A stretch of 64,000 nucleotides of DNA from an uncultured Hyphomicrobium sp. (GCF_902826555.1 NZ_CADEFI010000001.1:136971-200970), one strand, 5' to 3'. Counted from the first letter of the stretch, positions 30,151 through 40,603 are shown. Notes: generated from the sequence alone by a model not told the origin. Translations and numbers: made by a program.

Positions 30151-31521
30151 ATGACTGCACGCGTTCTTGTCGTCGACGACATTCTGGCCAACGTCAAACT
30201 GCTTCAGGCCAGGCTCGAGGCCGAGTATTTCGAAGTCCTCACCGCCTTCAACGGCCACGACGCCATCGAGATTTGCCAGAAGCAGCGCGTGGACGTGGTG
30301 CTGCTCGATGTGATGATGCCGGGCCTCGACGGTTTCGAGGTTTGCCGCAGACTCAAGCTCTCGCCGCAGACGCTGCACATTCCGGTGGTGATGGTGACGG
30401 CGCTGGACCAGACCGCCGACAAGATCCAGGGGCTCGATGCGGGCGCCGACGACTTCCTCACCAAACCCGTCGACGACATCGCGCTGGTGACGCGCGTCAA
30501 GAGCCTCGCCCGGCTCAAGATGCTCAATGACGAAATGCTGATGCGCGTCACGACGAGCCGGGAAATGGGCTTGTCCGACGACGACATGCTGGCGCGCGTG
30601 CTGGCAGACAAACCGGGCCGGCTGCTGGTGGTGGACGATCATCCCCGTTCGTCGTCACGCGTCATGTCGGCCTTGACCAAGGTGCACGAAGCCTACATCG
30701 AGGCCAATCCGCAAGCCGCGCTCATGTATCTCGCGGAGCAGCCGTTCGATCTCCTGGTCACGTCCCTCAACCTGCAGAACTCGGACGGATTGCGGCTCTG
30801 CTCGCAGGTGCGCTCGCTCGATCGCACGCGCCATCTGCCGATCGTCGTCATGGCAGATCCGGGCGACGAGGCGCGCCTGTTGCGTGGTCTCGACATGGGC
30901 ATCAACGACTACCTGATGCGCCCGGTGGACCGGCACGAGCTGCTGGCACGCGTGAAGACTCAGATCAAGCGCAAGCGGTTCTCGGATCATCTGCGCAACC
31001 AGATCCGCGAGAGCGTGGAGCTTTCGGTCACCGACCCGCTGACCGGGTTGCACAACCGGCGCTATATGGAGCGCCATCTCAAGACGCTGATCGCGGATGC
31101 CGCCCGTACGGGCCGTACGCTCTCGGTGTTGATCGCCGACATCGACCATTTCAAGCGTGTCAACGACACCTATGGGCACGATGCCGGCGACGCGGTGCTC
31201 AAGGAATTCTCCGATCGCTTCCGCCGCTACACGCGTGGCGTGGACCTCGCTTGCCGCCTCGGCGGCGAGGAATTCCTCATCATCATGCCCGATACGGACA
31301 AAGCTCTGGCCCGGCAGGTGGGCGAGAGGGTGCGTGAGTGTGTCGCAGTTCATCCGTTCAAAGCGGGGCAAAACCAGGATCTTTGGGTTACAGCAAGTGT
31401 CGGGCTTGCAACCTGGGAGGGTGAGGGAGATACATCCGAAGCGCTTTTCAAACGCGCGGACACTGCTCTCTACGCCGCCAAACGTCAGGGAAGAAACCAA
31501 GTCGTGGCGGCTGCGGCCTAA
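30151..31521 (+). CDS. pleD: Response regulator diguanylate cyclase PleD (REC-REC-GGDEF)
   Basis: 456 aa with two receiver domains, an RxxD I-site context and the active site RLGGEEFLIIMPD. Confidence 0.93.
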   Translation: MTARVLVVDDILANVKLLQARLEAEYFEVLTAFNGHDAIEICQKQRVDVVLLDVMMPGLDGFEVCRRLKLSPQTLHIPVVMVTALDQTADKIQGLDAGADDFLTKPVDDIALVTRVKSLARLKMLNDEMLMRVTTSREMGLSDDDMLARVLADKPGRLLVVDDHPRSSSRVMSALTKVHEAYIEANPQAALMYLAEQPFDLLVTSLNLQNSDGLRLCSQVRSLDRTRHLPIVVMADPGDEARLLRGLDMGINDYLMRPVDRHELLARVKTQIKRKRFSDHLRNQIRESVELSVTDPLTGLHNRRYMERHLKTLIADAARTGRTLSVLIADIDHFKRVNDTYGHDAGDAVLKEFSDRFRRYTRGVDLACRLGGEEFLIIMPDTDKALARQVGERVRECVAVHPFKAGQNQDLWVTASVGLATWEGEGDTSEALFKRADTALYAAKRQGRNQVVAAAA

Positions 31522-31942
31522 TCCTCGGGAGGGTGGCAACTCCTTTACATGACTTGGAGAATTTAGTTTGTCCTGCGGCTGATCAATTGCAACGGCGCGA
31601 GCATTTGTAGGCGCCGCTTGCGAGTGTCCGGCAGCCGAAATCGGCCGCGCTCGACGAATTAACTAATGGCCGACTCGGCATGCGTGTTCGCCACGCAATG
31701 GTCAAGCTCCAACTTGCAATTGCCAAAATGTTCTGACAGACTTTCGTAGTGGAGGGGAATTCAAAACAAATTTCGCCCGGAAATCGTTTGGCTGCCCGTT
31801 GCCCTTCGCGCCAAAGTTTCAGGGCATTTCAGTTCCCGCGGCCCATCGGGTCCGCCGCATCTCCTGATGGAGCGGGAAATTGTAGTGGGCCGCGACGGAT
31901 GGGGTTACCTCCTCAGTTACGCCGTTTCTGCACCGCTACGAC

Positions 31943-32159
31943 ACCAGGTGGAACGTCAACGCCCTCTTTGACACCATCTGGTCACTAGGCCAGGGTCCGT
32001 GGCTTACTCGGAATGCTTACCCCGCTGCCGAGCCGGTTACGGACCCTGGTTGAGGGCCTTCCTTCAAGCTTCGTGATTTCGGGCTTCCGTGCCTATCCGG
32101 AAGCGGGTCGCATTATGGCCGACCCTTCAGCCGCTTGTTTGCAATCGTGCTCAATTGCA
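31943..32159. other. Array of six consecutive stem-loops within the 650-nt gene-free pleD/rpmG spacer
   Basis: Arms: 31943-31951/31974-31982 (9 bp, plus inner GTCAA/TTGAC); 31990-32000/32039-32049 (11 bp, perfect); 32050-32056/32061-32067; 32083-32089/32098-32104; 32105-32110/32120-32125; 32140-32145/32154-32159. Confidence 0.4.
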
Positions 32160-32175
32160 CGTCTGCGGCTTGGCA

Positions 32176-32343
32176 CTACTTAATCTTCGTTTCCTTGAAT
32201 TCGACGTGCTTGCGCACGACCGGGTCGTAGCGCTTGAAAACGAGCTTCTCGGTCGACGTGCGCGGGTTTTTCTTGGTGACGTAGAAGAAGCCCGTTCCCG
32301 CGGTCGAGAGCAGCTTGATCTTCTGTGTGATCTGCTTGGCCAT
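32176..32343 (-). CDS. rpmG: 50S ribosomal protein L33
   Basis: Manual translation gives [55 protein letters not shown] (55 aa). It is below the ORF-track length cutoff. Confidence 0.92.
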   Translation of the reverse strand: MAKQITQKIKLLSTAGTGFFYVTKKNPRTSTEKLVFKRYDPVVRKHVEFKETKIK

Positions 32344-32437
32344 TGGTCTTTAGACCTCAGAGTGGAATACTTCTCAAATTCGGATCCGGCACCATACTGA
32401 TGGCGCCTCGGGTGTCAAGCCAGATGGCCGCGACCGA

Positions 32438-33196
32438 TTATTCACGGCCCTGACAGGCCATCGGGCGCTGCAGCAGCGTCCGTTCGAAGCGGCCGTGGCG
32501 GTGGAAGTAAAAGGGCACGGGACCGGTCCGCGGCGCGTCGACCGGCCGGCTCAAGAGGGCCGCGATATCCTCCAGCACATGCGTCGTAATGGAGGCCACC
32601 TTGAGGGATCTCGCCTTATCGATCGTAAACCAATCGATATCCAGGAGCTCGCCGTCGACGCGGTCGGCACGATGGGCAATCTCGGATGCATCGACGATGA
32701 AGAAGCGGGTGTCATAGCGGCGTGGGCGTCCGGGCGGCGTGACGGCGCGGGCGAAGAACGAGAGCCCTTGAAGCCGCGGGTTGAAGCCCTCGGCGAGGAA
32801 TGCACTCCAGCTTCCCGCGCGATCATGCACCCCTGCACCGGGCTCTCCGACGATGAAGCCCGCCTCCTCATAGGTTTCGCGCACCGCCGCCAGCGCGAGG
32901 GCGGAGGCGCGGGTGTCCGTCACTCGACCGCGCATGGCGGTCTTGAGGCCTTCGATCTCGTGTGACGGCAGCGCGTGGCGGCGTGCGAGCGTGCGGTCTG
33001 CCGCTTCGACGCGGCCGCCCGGAAAGACAAAGGTGTCGGGGAGGAAGACCTGATCGGGACGGCGGCGCCCCATGAGGACACGCGGTTCGTTTGCTGCGCG
33101 ATCGACAATGATCAGCGTTGCCGCATCGCGTGGGCGTAGGACGGTGCGTGGCGCAACCTGGCGCTTCTCCGATGCGGCGACTCGCGTCTCCGACAT
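32438..33196 (-). CDS. NUDIX hydrolase
   Basis: ATG at 33196 with a GAGGAG SD. Nudix box GGRVEAAD...AAVRETYEEAGF. The track ORF begins at a TTG 21 nt upstream. Confidence 0.85.
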   Translation of the reverse strand: MSETRVAASEKRQVAPRTVLRPRDAATLIIVDRAANEPRVLMGRRRPDQVFLPDTFVFPGGRVEAADRTLARRHALPSHEIEGLKTAMRGRVTDTRASALALAAVRETYEEAGFIVGEPGAGVHDRAGSWSAFLAEGFNPRLQGLSFFARAVTPPGRPRRYDTRFFIVDASEIAHRADRVDGELLDIDWFTIDKARSLKVASITTHVLEDIAALLSRPVDAPRTGPVPFYFHRHGRFERTLLQRPMACQGRE

Positions 33197-33213
33197 GGTG
33201 CGCTCCTCGCTGC

Positions 33214-33648
33214 TCAATGGGCGCTGGGATCAGGCACGGGATCGTCGGTCGCGCCGCCGAAGCCGTGCATCCGCAGAGCCCATTGCAGGCCAATGAGCGT
33301 GCCTTTGACGCGCGGCAGGAGCACGAGACTCAAGGCGACCGTCAGCGGCATCCACAGCGCGAGGTGCACCCAGCTCGGCGGCGCAAAGGCCTTCTCGAGA
33401 ACGAGTACGCCACCGATTACGACGTGCCCAACCACGACCATGGTGAAGTAAGGGGGGGCGTCGTCGGCGCGCTGGTGAAAGAGCTCCTCGCCGCAGGCGG
33501 GGCAGGTATCGAGCACCTTCAAGTACTTTCCGTACAGCGCTCCCTTTCCGCAGGCCGGGCATTTCTGCCTCCATCCGCGGAGCATGGACATCTTGATGTC
33601 GCGCTTCGGCAGGGTTTCCGCCGGCGGAGCTACCTCAAACTCGATCAT
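33214..33648 (-). CDS. DUF983 domain membrane protein (zinc-ribbon plus TM)
   Basis: CPACGKGALY...CPACGEELFHQRADDAPPYFTMVVVGHVV is typical DUF983. The start is uncertain (33648, 33678 or 33591). Confidence 0.75.
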   Translation of the reverse strand: MIEFEVAPPAETLPKRDIKMSMLRGWRQKCPACGKGALYGKYLKVLDTCPACGEELFHQRADDAPPYFTMVVVGHVVIGGVLVLEKAFAPPSWVHLALWMPLTVALSLVLLPRVKGTLIGLQWALRMHGFGGATDDPVPDPSAH

Positions 33649-33741
33649 GAAGAAACCTATCCTGTGGTGTCCCAACATAATTCCAACGACCGGCCGCCGA
33701 AACGCGACATCGTTGTCCTGCGGATCTTTACGTAGGGGGGC

Positions 33742-36063
33742 TCAACGCCGGCGGCCCGAGCGATGACGGAAGCGGTGCGCACCTTTGATGTGTGCGACGT
33801 TGCCCTTTTTGCCGGGCGTCAGCATCTCGAAGCGGATGGCGCCTGCGGACGGGATGACCTCGACCAGGCGCACGGTCACGGGATCGCCGAGCTGGAACGT
33901 CTCGCCGCTGCGGTTGCCGACCAGCGCATGGGCTTCCTCGACGTGCGAGAAGAAGTCCTGGCCGAGCGTCGAGACGGGCACGAAGCCGTCGGCCCCGGTC
34001 TCCTTAAGTTTAACGAACAGCCCCGATCGCGTGACGCCGGCGATGCGGCCTTCGAAGTTGGCGTCGATGCGATCCGCAAGATGAGCGGCGATGAGGCGGT
34101 CGATGGTCTCGCGCTCCGCCGCCATGGCGCGGCGCTCGGCGTCCGATATCTCTTTCGCGGTGTCGGCAAGGCGCGTGGCTTCCTGGTCTTCCAGGCCGCC
34201 CGCTCCGAGCTTCAAGGCGCGGATCAGCGCGCGATGCACGAGGAGATCCGCATAGCGGCGGATAGGCGAGGTGAAGTGAGCGTACTTCGCGAGATTGAGG
34301 CCGAAGTGGCCGATGTTGCTCGGATGATATTCAGCCTGGGCCTGTGAGCGCAGGATGACCTCGTTGACGAGCTCGGGGACGGGCAGCGTCTTGGCGCGTG
34401 CCAGAATGCGGTTGAAGGCTTCGGGTTTCAGGCCGGTGCCGACGGCGAGCTTGAGATCCAAAGTCTCGAGGAAGTCGCGCAGGTTCTTGATCTTCTCCTT
34501 CGAGGGCTCGTCGTGAACGCGGTAGACGAGGGGCGTCCTCATGTGCTCCAGCGTCTCGGCGGCGGCGACGTTGGCCTGGATCATGAACTCCTCGATCAAG
34601 CGGTGCGCGTCGAGGCGCTCCGGGATGACGACGCGCGCGACGCGGCCGTCGGAATCGAGAAGGATCTTGCGCTCGGGAAGATCGAGATCGAGGGGGCCGC
34701 GCTCGTCGCGTGCGCGCGACAGCGCGGCATAGGCCTGCCACAGCGGCAGGAGCGCGCGCTGCATGAGAGGCGCGCATTTCGCGCTCACATTGCCGTCGAT
34801 GGCCGCCTGAGCCTCCTGATAGGACAGCTTGGCAGCGCTTTTCATTGCGGCGCGAACGAACTCATGGCGTCGCTTCTTGCCGCCGGCGTCGAAGATCATG
34901 CGCACGGCGAGGCACGGACGATCCTCGAGCTCACGCAGCGAGCAGAGGTCGTTCGAGATGCGCTCGGGCAGCATCGGCACGACGCGGTCGGGGAAGTAGA
35001 CCGAGTTGCCGCGGAGCTGGGCCTCCTTGTCGAGGCGCGTGCCGGGGCGGACATAGTGGGCGACGTCGGCGATGGCGACGATGACGACAAACCCGCCGCG
35101 GTTCTTCGGATCGGAGTCGGGCTCGGCGTAGACGGCGTCGTCATGATCGCGGGCGTCGACCGGATCGATGGTGAGCAGCGGCACGTCGCGCAGATCGGTG
35201 CGGCCTTCGAGCGTGAACGGCTGCAGGGCTTCACTCTCCGCGATCACGGAAGCCGGGAAGTCGTCCGGAAGCCCGTGCGCGTGCACGGCGATGAGGCTGA
35301 TCTTGCGTTGATCGTCGGGATTGCCGAGGGCTTCGAGGACGCGAGCTTCCGTCACCGAGTGGCGGTGCTTGGCGGAGAGATCGAAGCGGACGAGGTCGCC
35401 GTCCTTGGCGCCGCCGTCGTTGCCGGGGCGGACTTGCCAGGCGCGCAGCTCCTTGCGGTCGATGGGCTCGATGGTGCCGCCTCCGCCTTTGCGGGTGCGG
35501 AAGATGCCGAGCAGGCGGCGCCGGTCGCGTGGCAGGATCTTGATGGGCTCGGCTTCATAGGTGTGCCCCTCGACGTCGGGCGCCTCCAGCTCGGTGATGC
35601 GGGCGAGGATGCGGTCGCCGATGCCGATGGCGGTGCCTTCGCGCTCGGGACCTTGGGCGCGATGCGTGAGAACGAGCACGGCGGGAGGCTCGCCGTCGGC
35701 CTCTTTCCAGACGGCGGGACGCGCGATGAGGTCACCGTCGTCGTCGCGGGCGGTGACCTCGAGAACGGTGACGGGCGGCAGCTTGCCCTTTTCGTGCAGA
35801 TCACGCTTGGTGCCCGAGAGCGAGCCTTCGGCGGCCATCTCGGCGAGCAGCTTTTTCAAGGCGACGCGCGCTTCGCCCTTGATGTTGAACGCGCGGGCGA
35901 TCTCGCGCTTGCCTGCCTTGCCCTCCTGCTCGCGCAGGAAGGTGAGGATTTCCTCGCGCGAGGGCAGGGCGTCGTCGCGCCGCCGCCCTCTGGCCGGCAC
36001 GTTGCGGAAGCCCTTCCTCGCCCCCTTGTGCGCCGGTCTTCCCGCGGGCGGCTTCCTGGCCAT
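33742..36063 (-). CDS. rnr: Ribonuclease R
   Basis: 773 aa with cold-shock-like, RNB (DDAVYAEPD...) and C-terminal S1 domains plus basic termini. Confidence 0.94.
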   Translation of the reverse strand: MARKPPAGRPAHKGARKGFRNVPARGRRRDDALPSREEILTFLREQEGKAGKREIARAFNIKGEARVALKKLLAEMAAEGSLSGTKRDLHEKGKLPPVTVLEVTARDDDGDLIARPAVWKEADGEPPAVLVLTHRAQGPEREGTAIGIGDRILARITELEAPDVEGHTYEAEPIKILPRDRRRLLGIFRTRKGGGGTIEPIDRKELRAWQVRPGNDGGAKDGDLVRFDLSAKHRHSVTEARVLEALGNPDDQRKISLIAVHAHGLPDDFPASVIAESEALQPFTLEGRTDLRDVPLLTIDPVDARDHDDAVYAEPDSDPKNRGGFVVIVAIADVAHYVRPGTRLDKEAQLRGNSVYFPDRVVPMLPERISNDLCSLRELEDRPCLAVRMIFDAGGKKRRHEFVRAAMKSAAKLSYQEAQAAIDGNVSAKCAPLMQRALLPLWQAYAALSRARDERGPLDLDLPERKILLDSDGRVARVVIPERLDAHRLIEEFMIQANVAAAETLEHMRTPLVYRVHDEPSKEKIKNLRDFLETLDLKLAVGTGLKPEAFNRILARAKTLPVPELVNEVILRSQAQAEYHPSNIGHFGLNLAKYAHFTSPIRRYADLLVHRALIRALKLGAGGLEDQEATRLADTAKEISDAERRAMAAERETIDRLIAAHLADRIDANFEGRIAGVTRSGLFVKLKETGADGFVPVSTLGQDFFSHVEEAHALVGNRSGETFQLGDPVTVRLVEVIPSAGAIRFEMLTPGKKGNVAHIKGAHRFRHRSGRRR

Positions 36064-36068
36064 GTGTG

Positions 36069-38801
36069 TCAGCTTTCGGCGTCGGCCTTGGCCGCGCTTT
36101 TCTTCGGCTTGGGCGGCGCTTTCTTGCCAACCGCTTTCGCAGCCTTCGGCTTCGCCTTGGCAGGCTTGGCGTCGTTGTCGTCGTCCTTGGCCTTGGTGGC
36201 CTTGGGCTTCGCCGCAGCTTTCTTGGCGGGCTTCTTGCCGCCGCCCTTGGCGATGCGCTCCTGAAGCAGGCGGATGGCGTCGTCGATCGCCAACGTTTCA
36301 GGGTTGGTACCCTTGGGGACCGTGGCGTTGACTTTGTTCCAGCTGACGTAGGGACCGTACTTGCCGTCCAGCACCTGGATCTTGCCGCCGCCGCCCGGAT
36401 GCTCGCCCAGGTCCTTGAGCACGGTCTTGACGGCCGCGCGGCCGAAGCGGTTGCCTTTGCCAGCGCGCTTTTCGGCCAAGAGCGTCACGGCGCGGTTGAG
36501 CCCGACCGTGAACACGTCCTCGATGCTGTCGACGTTGGCGTATGTGCCGTCGTGCTGGATGAAGGGGCCGTAACGACCGAGGCCGGCCATGATGGGCGTG
36601 CCGGTCTCGGGGTGGATGCCGACCTCGCGCGGCAGCGACAGCAGCTGCATGGCCCTCTCGAAGTCGATGGTCGCGGCGTCGATACCCTTGGGGATCGACG
36701 AACGCTTCGGCTTCTCGTCGCCCTCACCCTCACCGAGCTGAAGGTAGGGGCCGAAACGGCCACTCTTCACGAGCACCGGTAATCCGCTTTCGGGGTCGAA
36801 GCCAAGCTCGCGGTCGCCGCCGGCGCCGTTGGCGTCGCCGGTCAACTGACGCGTGTATTTGCAGTCCGGGTAGTTGCCGCAGCCGATGAAGGCGCCGTTC
36901 TTGCCGGAAATCTTGAGCGAGAGGCGCCCCGTGCCGCACTTGGGGCAAAGGCGCGGGTCGGAGCCGTCCTCCTTGGCCGGGAAGATGTGCGGGCCCAAGA
37001 GCTCGTTCAGCGCCTCGAGCACGTCGCCGACGCGCAGGTCCTTGATTTCTTCGACGGCTTTCGTGAAGTCGCGCCAGAAATCGCGCAGCACCTCTTTGTA
37101 CTCCAGGTCGCCGGCGGAGATGAGGTCGAGCTTTTCCTCGAGGTCGGCGGTGAAATCGAACTCGACGTATTTCTTGAAGAAGCTCTCGAGGAAGGCGATG
37201 ACGAGGCGGCCTTTGTCCTCTGGGATCAGCCGCTTCTTGTCGATGCGGACGTAATCGCGCTCCTGAAGCACGGCCAGCGTCGAGGCGTAGGTCGAGGGAC
37301 GGCCGATGCCGAGCTCTTCCATCTTCTTGACGAGGGTCGCCTCGGAATAGCGCGGCGGAGGCTGAGTAAAGTGCTGCTCCGCCTCGATCTCCCGGTCGGT
37401 CAGCTTGTCGCCGCTCTTGAGCGCGGGCAGGCGGCGGCTTGCGTCCTCCTCGTCGGAGGGATCATCCTTGCCCTTGTTGATGGTCAGCACGCGGTCGTCG
37501 CGGCCTTCGTCATACACCTTGAGAAAGCCTTCGAACTCGATGATGGAGCCGGTGGCGCGCAGCGTGTAGGTCTTGCCGTCGCGGCCCTTGACCTCGATGT
37601 CGGCGGTGGTCTGTTTCACTTCGGCCGAGGCCATCTGGCTCGCCACCGCGCGCTTCCAGATCAGTTCGTAGAGGCGCGCCTGGTCCTTCTGGAGATAGCG
37701 CGCGACGTCGGCGGGCTTCCTCGTGACATCGGTCGGACGGATCGCCTCGTGCGCTTCCTGGGCGTTCTTGGCCTTGGTCTTGTACTCGCGGATGAAGGGA
37801 GCGACGTAGCGCTGGGAATACTCGCGCGCGACGAGGCCGCGAATGGCGTTGATCGCCTCGGGTACGATGGTAACGCCGTCGGTTCGCATGTAGGTGATGA
37901 GGCCGACGGTCTCGCCGCCGACGTCGACACCTTCATAGAGGCGCTGGGCGACCTGCATGGTCTGCTTGGCGGAGAAGCCGAGCTTGCGGGAGGCGTCCAT
38001 CTGCAGCGTCGAGGTCATGAACGGCGCATAGGGGTTGCGCTTCACATCCTTGCTGTCGATGGAAACGACGCGGAACTCGCCTTTCTCGATGGCGCGCTTG
38101 ATGGCGAACGCGGTCGCTTCGTCCTTGATGTCGAGCTTCTTCAAGGCCGTGCCGCCGACGGCCTGCAGGCGTGCCGGGAACACCTCGTTCGCCTGGGTCG
38201 CAAGCGTGGCCTCGATGGTCCAGTACTCGTCGGTCCGGAAGGCTTCGATCTCGGCCTCGCGGTCGCAGACGAGGCGCAGCGCCACCGACTGCACGCGGCC
38301 GGCCGAGCGGGCGCCCGGAAGCTTGCGCCAGAGAACGGGCGAGAGCGTGAAGCCGACGAGGTAGTCGAGAGCGCGCCGGGCGAGGTAGGCGTCGACGAGC
38401 GGCTCGTCGATCTGGCGCGGCTCGGCGAGGGCGGCCAGGATCGCCTGCTTGGTGACGGCATTGAAGGCCACGCGCTCGATCTCGAGGCCCTTTTTCAAAG
38501 CTTTCTTCTGTCCGAGAATCTCGAGCAGGTGCCAGGAGATGGCCTCGCCCTCGCGATCAGGGTCGGTCGCCAGGATCAGCTTGTCGGCTGTTTTCACCGC
38601 CTCGGCGATCTCGCGGATGATCTTCTGGGAGCCCGAGTCGATCTCCCAGGTCATTTCAAAGTCCTTGTCGGGCACCACCGAGCCGTCCTTGGACGGCAAG
38701 TCGCGCACGTGGCCGAAAGAAGCCAGGACTTTATAATTGCCGCCCAAGTACTTATTGATCGTCTTGGCCTTGGCAGCCGATTCCACGATGACGACGTTCA
38801 T
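36069..38801 (-). CDS. topA: DNA topoisomerase I
   Basis: Start set to MNVVIVESAAKAKTINKYLG (Toprim); the track ORF adds 8 codons. Zinc-ribbon motifs CPKCGTG...CGNYPDC and a Lys/Ala-rich C-terminal tail. Confidence 0.95.
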   Translation of the reverse strand: MNVVIVESAAKAKTINKYLGGNYKVLASFGHVRDLPSKDGSVVPDKDFEMTWEIDSGSQKIIREIAEAVKTADKLILATDPDREGEAISWHLLEILGQKKALKKGLEIERVAFNAVTKQAILAALAEPRQIDEPLVDAYLARRALDYLVGFTLSPVLWRKLPGARSAGRVQSVALRLVCDREAEIEAFRTDEYWTIEATLATQANEVFPARLQAVGGTALKKLDIKDEATAFAIKRAIEKGEFRVVSIDSKDVKRNPYAPFMTSTLQMDASRKLGFSAKQTMQVAQRLYEGVDVGGETVGLITYMRTDGVTIVPEAINAIRGLVAREYSQRYVAPFIREYKTKAKNAQEAHEAIRPTDVTRKPADVARYLQKDQARLYELIWKRAVASQMASAEVKQTTADIEVKGRDGKTYTLRATGSIIEFEGFLKVYDEGRDDRVLTINKGKDDPSDEEDASRRLPALKSGDKLTDREIEAEQHFTQPPPRYSEATLVKKMEELGIGRPSTYASTLAVLQERDYVRIDKKRLIPEDKGRLVIAFLESFFKKYVEFDFTADLEEKLDLISAGDLEYKEVLRDFWRDFTKAVEEIKDLRVGDVLEALNELLGPHIFPAKEDGSDPRLCPKCGTGRLSLKISGKNGAFIGCGNYPDCKYTRQLTGDANGAGGDRELGFDPESGLPVLVKSGRFGPYLQLGEGEGDEKPKRSSIPKGIDAATIDFERAMQLLSLPREVGIHPETGTPIMAGLGRYGPFIQHDGTYANVDSIEDVFTVGLNRAVTLLAEKRAGKGNRFGRAAVKTVLKDLGEHPGGGGKIQVLDGKYGPYVSWNKVNATVPKGTNPETLAIDDAIRLLQERIAKGGGKKPAKKAAAKPKATKAKDDDNDAKPAKAKPKAAKAVGKKAPPKPKKSAAKADAES

Positions 38802-39039
38802 ATGCGCTTTCTTGGCCTCCGGCACGACCGCGCTGGCAAAATCTGCCGCTGCCGCTCTACCCAGGATTGCCCGACGCGGTGCGCTGCGCGGGGCGGTTCA
38901 GTGGTCGGAACACGGGGCGGGAACATGGGGAAGGATCGCCCCCGTGTCAAACGGCCCGCCGCGACCCATGGGCCGCACCGGATGCGTCCGACACGCTATG
39001 CGGGGCTACTGATCGCCGGGAATCATTGAGATTTTCAGC

Positions 39040-39735
39040 TTACGTGGGGCTTGCGGGTGCGGCAGTTTTGGCGCGTACGCTCTGCACGGCCGCGTCCAGC
39101 TCCGCGTAATGAGAGATGATGGCATCGGGGGCGAGCGTCTCCATGGGCTCGACCGAATAGCCGAATGTGCAGCCGATGACAGGGATTGCGGCTGCCCGGG
39201 CGGCGGCAATGTCGATGGCCGTATCGCCCACCATGACGGCGTTTGCGAGGTCCCCGCCCGCCATGCGGATGGCGCCGCGGACATGGTCGGGGTGGGGCTT
39301 GTACACCGGAAAGCTGTCACGGCCGGCGATGGCGGCAAACAGGCCGTCGATATGAAGCTCGCGTAACAGATGCTGGGCCAGCGCAAGGCGTTTGTTGGTG
39401 CAGACGGCGAGGAGCGCGCCCCGAGTGCGGAAGCCTTCCAGGGTGGCGACTGCGCCGTCGTAGGGCCGCGTTTCGCGGGCGATGTTGGGCTCATAATAGG
39501 CGAGAAAGCGTGCGAGAAGGCGGTCGACTTCCGGCTCGGCCAGGACAAGGCCGGTCTGATTGAGCCCCTCGACAATCATGCGCCGCGCCCCGAACCCGAC
39601 GGTCGTGCGCAGCGTTTCCGCCGGAATGGGGGGAAGCGAGAGATCGGACAACGCGTGGTTGGTGGCCGCCGCAAGATCCGGGAGCGAGTCGACAAGCGTG
39701 CCGTCGAGGTCGAAGACGATGGTCGTATTCTGCAT
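39040..39735 (-). CDS. gph: HAD-family phosphoglycolate phosphatase
   Basis: MQNTTIVFDLDGTLVDSLPDL..., with downstream HAD motifs (CTNK, GDTAIDI). Confidence 0.85.
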   Translation of the reverse strand: MQNTTIVFDLDGTLVDSLPDLAAATNHALSDLSLPPIPAETLRTTVGFGARRMIVEGLNQTGLVLAEPEVDRLLARFLAYYEPNIARETRPYDGAVATLEGFRTRGALLAVCTNKRLALAQHLLRELHIDGLFAAIAGRDSFPVYKPHPDHVRGAIRMAGGDLANAVMVGDTAIDIAAARAAAIPVIGCTFGYSVEPMETLAPDAIISHYAELDAAVQSVRAKTAAPASPT

Positions 39736-39880
39736 TAGTCGGGTTTAGGCGCATCGCCCCGGCCTCGCAAGGCCACGCCGTGCCGCGCATATGCGCTTGG
39801 CTCGGGTCGCCTGTCTCCTCTTGAAGCTTGCTCTTGCGCCGAACGGCTGGCAGAGAATGACTATTTTGGAAGGACAGCGG

Positions 39881-40603
39881 ATGTCGGTTGAGAGCTACAA
39901 GCTGGCCGCGGCTCAACGGGCCCTTGGTTTCGTCGAGCCGCGTATGCGGTTGGGGCTCGGTACCGGCTCCACGGCGTCGGTCTTCGTCAAGCTTCTGGGC
40001 GCGGAGGTGGAGCGCGGTCTTTCTGTGCTCTGCGTGCCGACGTCGGAGCAGACGCGCGCGTTGGCGGCCAGCTTCGGCATTCCGCTGACCACGCTCGACG
40101 AGACGCCGCTCCTCGACCTGACCATCGACGGGGCGGACGAGCTCGACGGCGAGCTGCGGCTGATCAAGGGCGGCGGCGGGGCGCTGCTCCGGGAGAAGAT
40201 CGTCGCGACCGCTTCCGACCGCATGATCGTGATCGCGGACGCCTCGAAGAAAGTGGAGAAGCTGGGCGCGTTCCGGCTGCCGGTCGAGGTGGTGCGCTTC
40301 GGCGTCACGGCGACGCGCAACATGATCGAGATGCTGGCGGCGGATTCCGGTTGCCACGGGGAGATCGCGCTGCGTCTCGCGAGTGACGGCACCCCGTTTC
40401 TCACCGATGGCGGCAACTACATCTTCGACTGCGCATTCGGCCAGATCGATGACCCGGAGTCGCTCGACGAGGCCTTGAAGTTCATTCCGGGCGTGGTCGA
40501 GAACGGGCTTTTCCTCGGAATCGCCGATGCGGCGATCGTCGGCGGTCCGAATGGGGTCTCAGTCATCGAGGCCCACTACGGGGAAAGCCAAGAAGCCGTT
40601 TAG
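39881..40603 (+). CDS. rpiA: Ribose-5-phosphate isomerase A
   Basis: ATG at 39881 after a GGAAGGA SD. Motifs [13 protein letters not shown] and [11 protein letters not shown]. Confidence 0.92.
   Translation: MSVESYKLAAAQRALGFVEPRMRLGLGTGSTASVFVKLLGAEVERGLSVLCVPTSEQTRALAASFGIPLTTLDETPLLDLTIDGADELDGELRLIKGGGGALLREKIVATASDRMIVIADASKKVEKLGAFRLPVEVVRFGVTATRNMIEMLAADSGCHGEIALRLASDGTPFLTDGGNYIFDCAFGQIDDPESLDEALKFIPGVVENGLFLGIADAAIVGGPNGVSVIEAHYGESQEAV

Noticed and set aside
31749-31988. 79-aa plus-strand ORF in the pleD-rpmG spacer
   Set aside because: GTG start without an SD, an Arg/Pro/Ser/Gly-rich product with no hydrophobic core, and overlap with strong RNA-like helices. Treated as non-coding.
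31522-32175. Tested by eye whether the spacer encodes tmRNA, RNase P RNA or SRP RNA
   Set aside because: Neither strand shows a T-loop plus CCA acceptor end or an alanine-rich tag frame (tmRNA), a GAGGAAAGTCC-type CR-I box (RNase P), or a GGAAGCAGCC-type domain IV motif (SRP). A 6S-like or novel RNA cannot be excluded without a covariance-model search.
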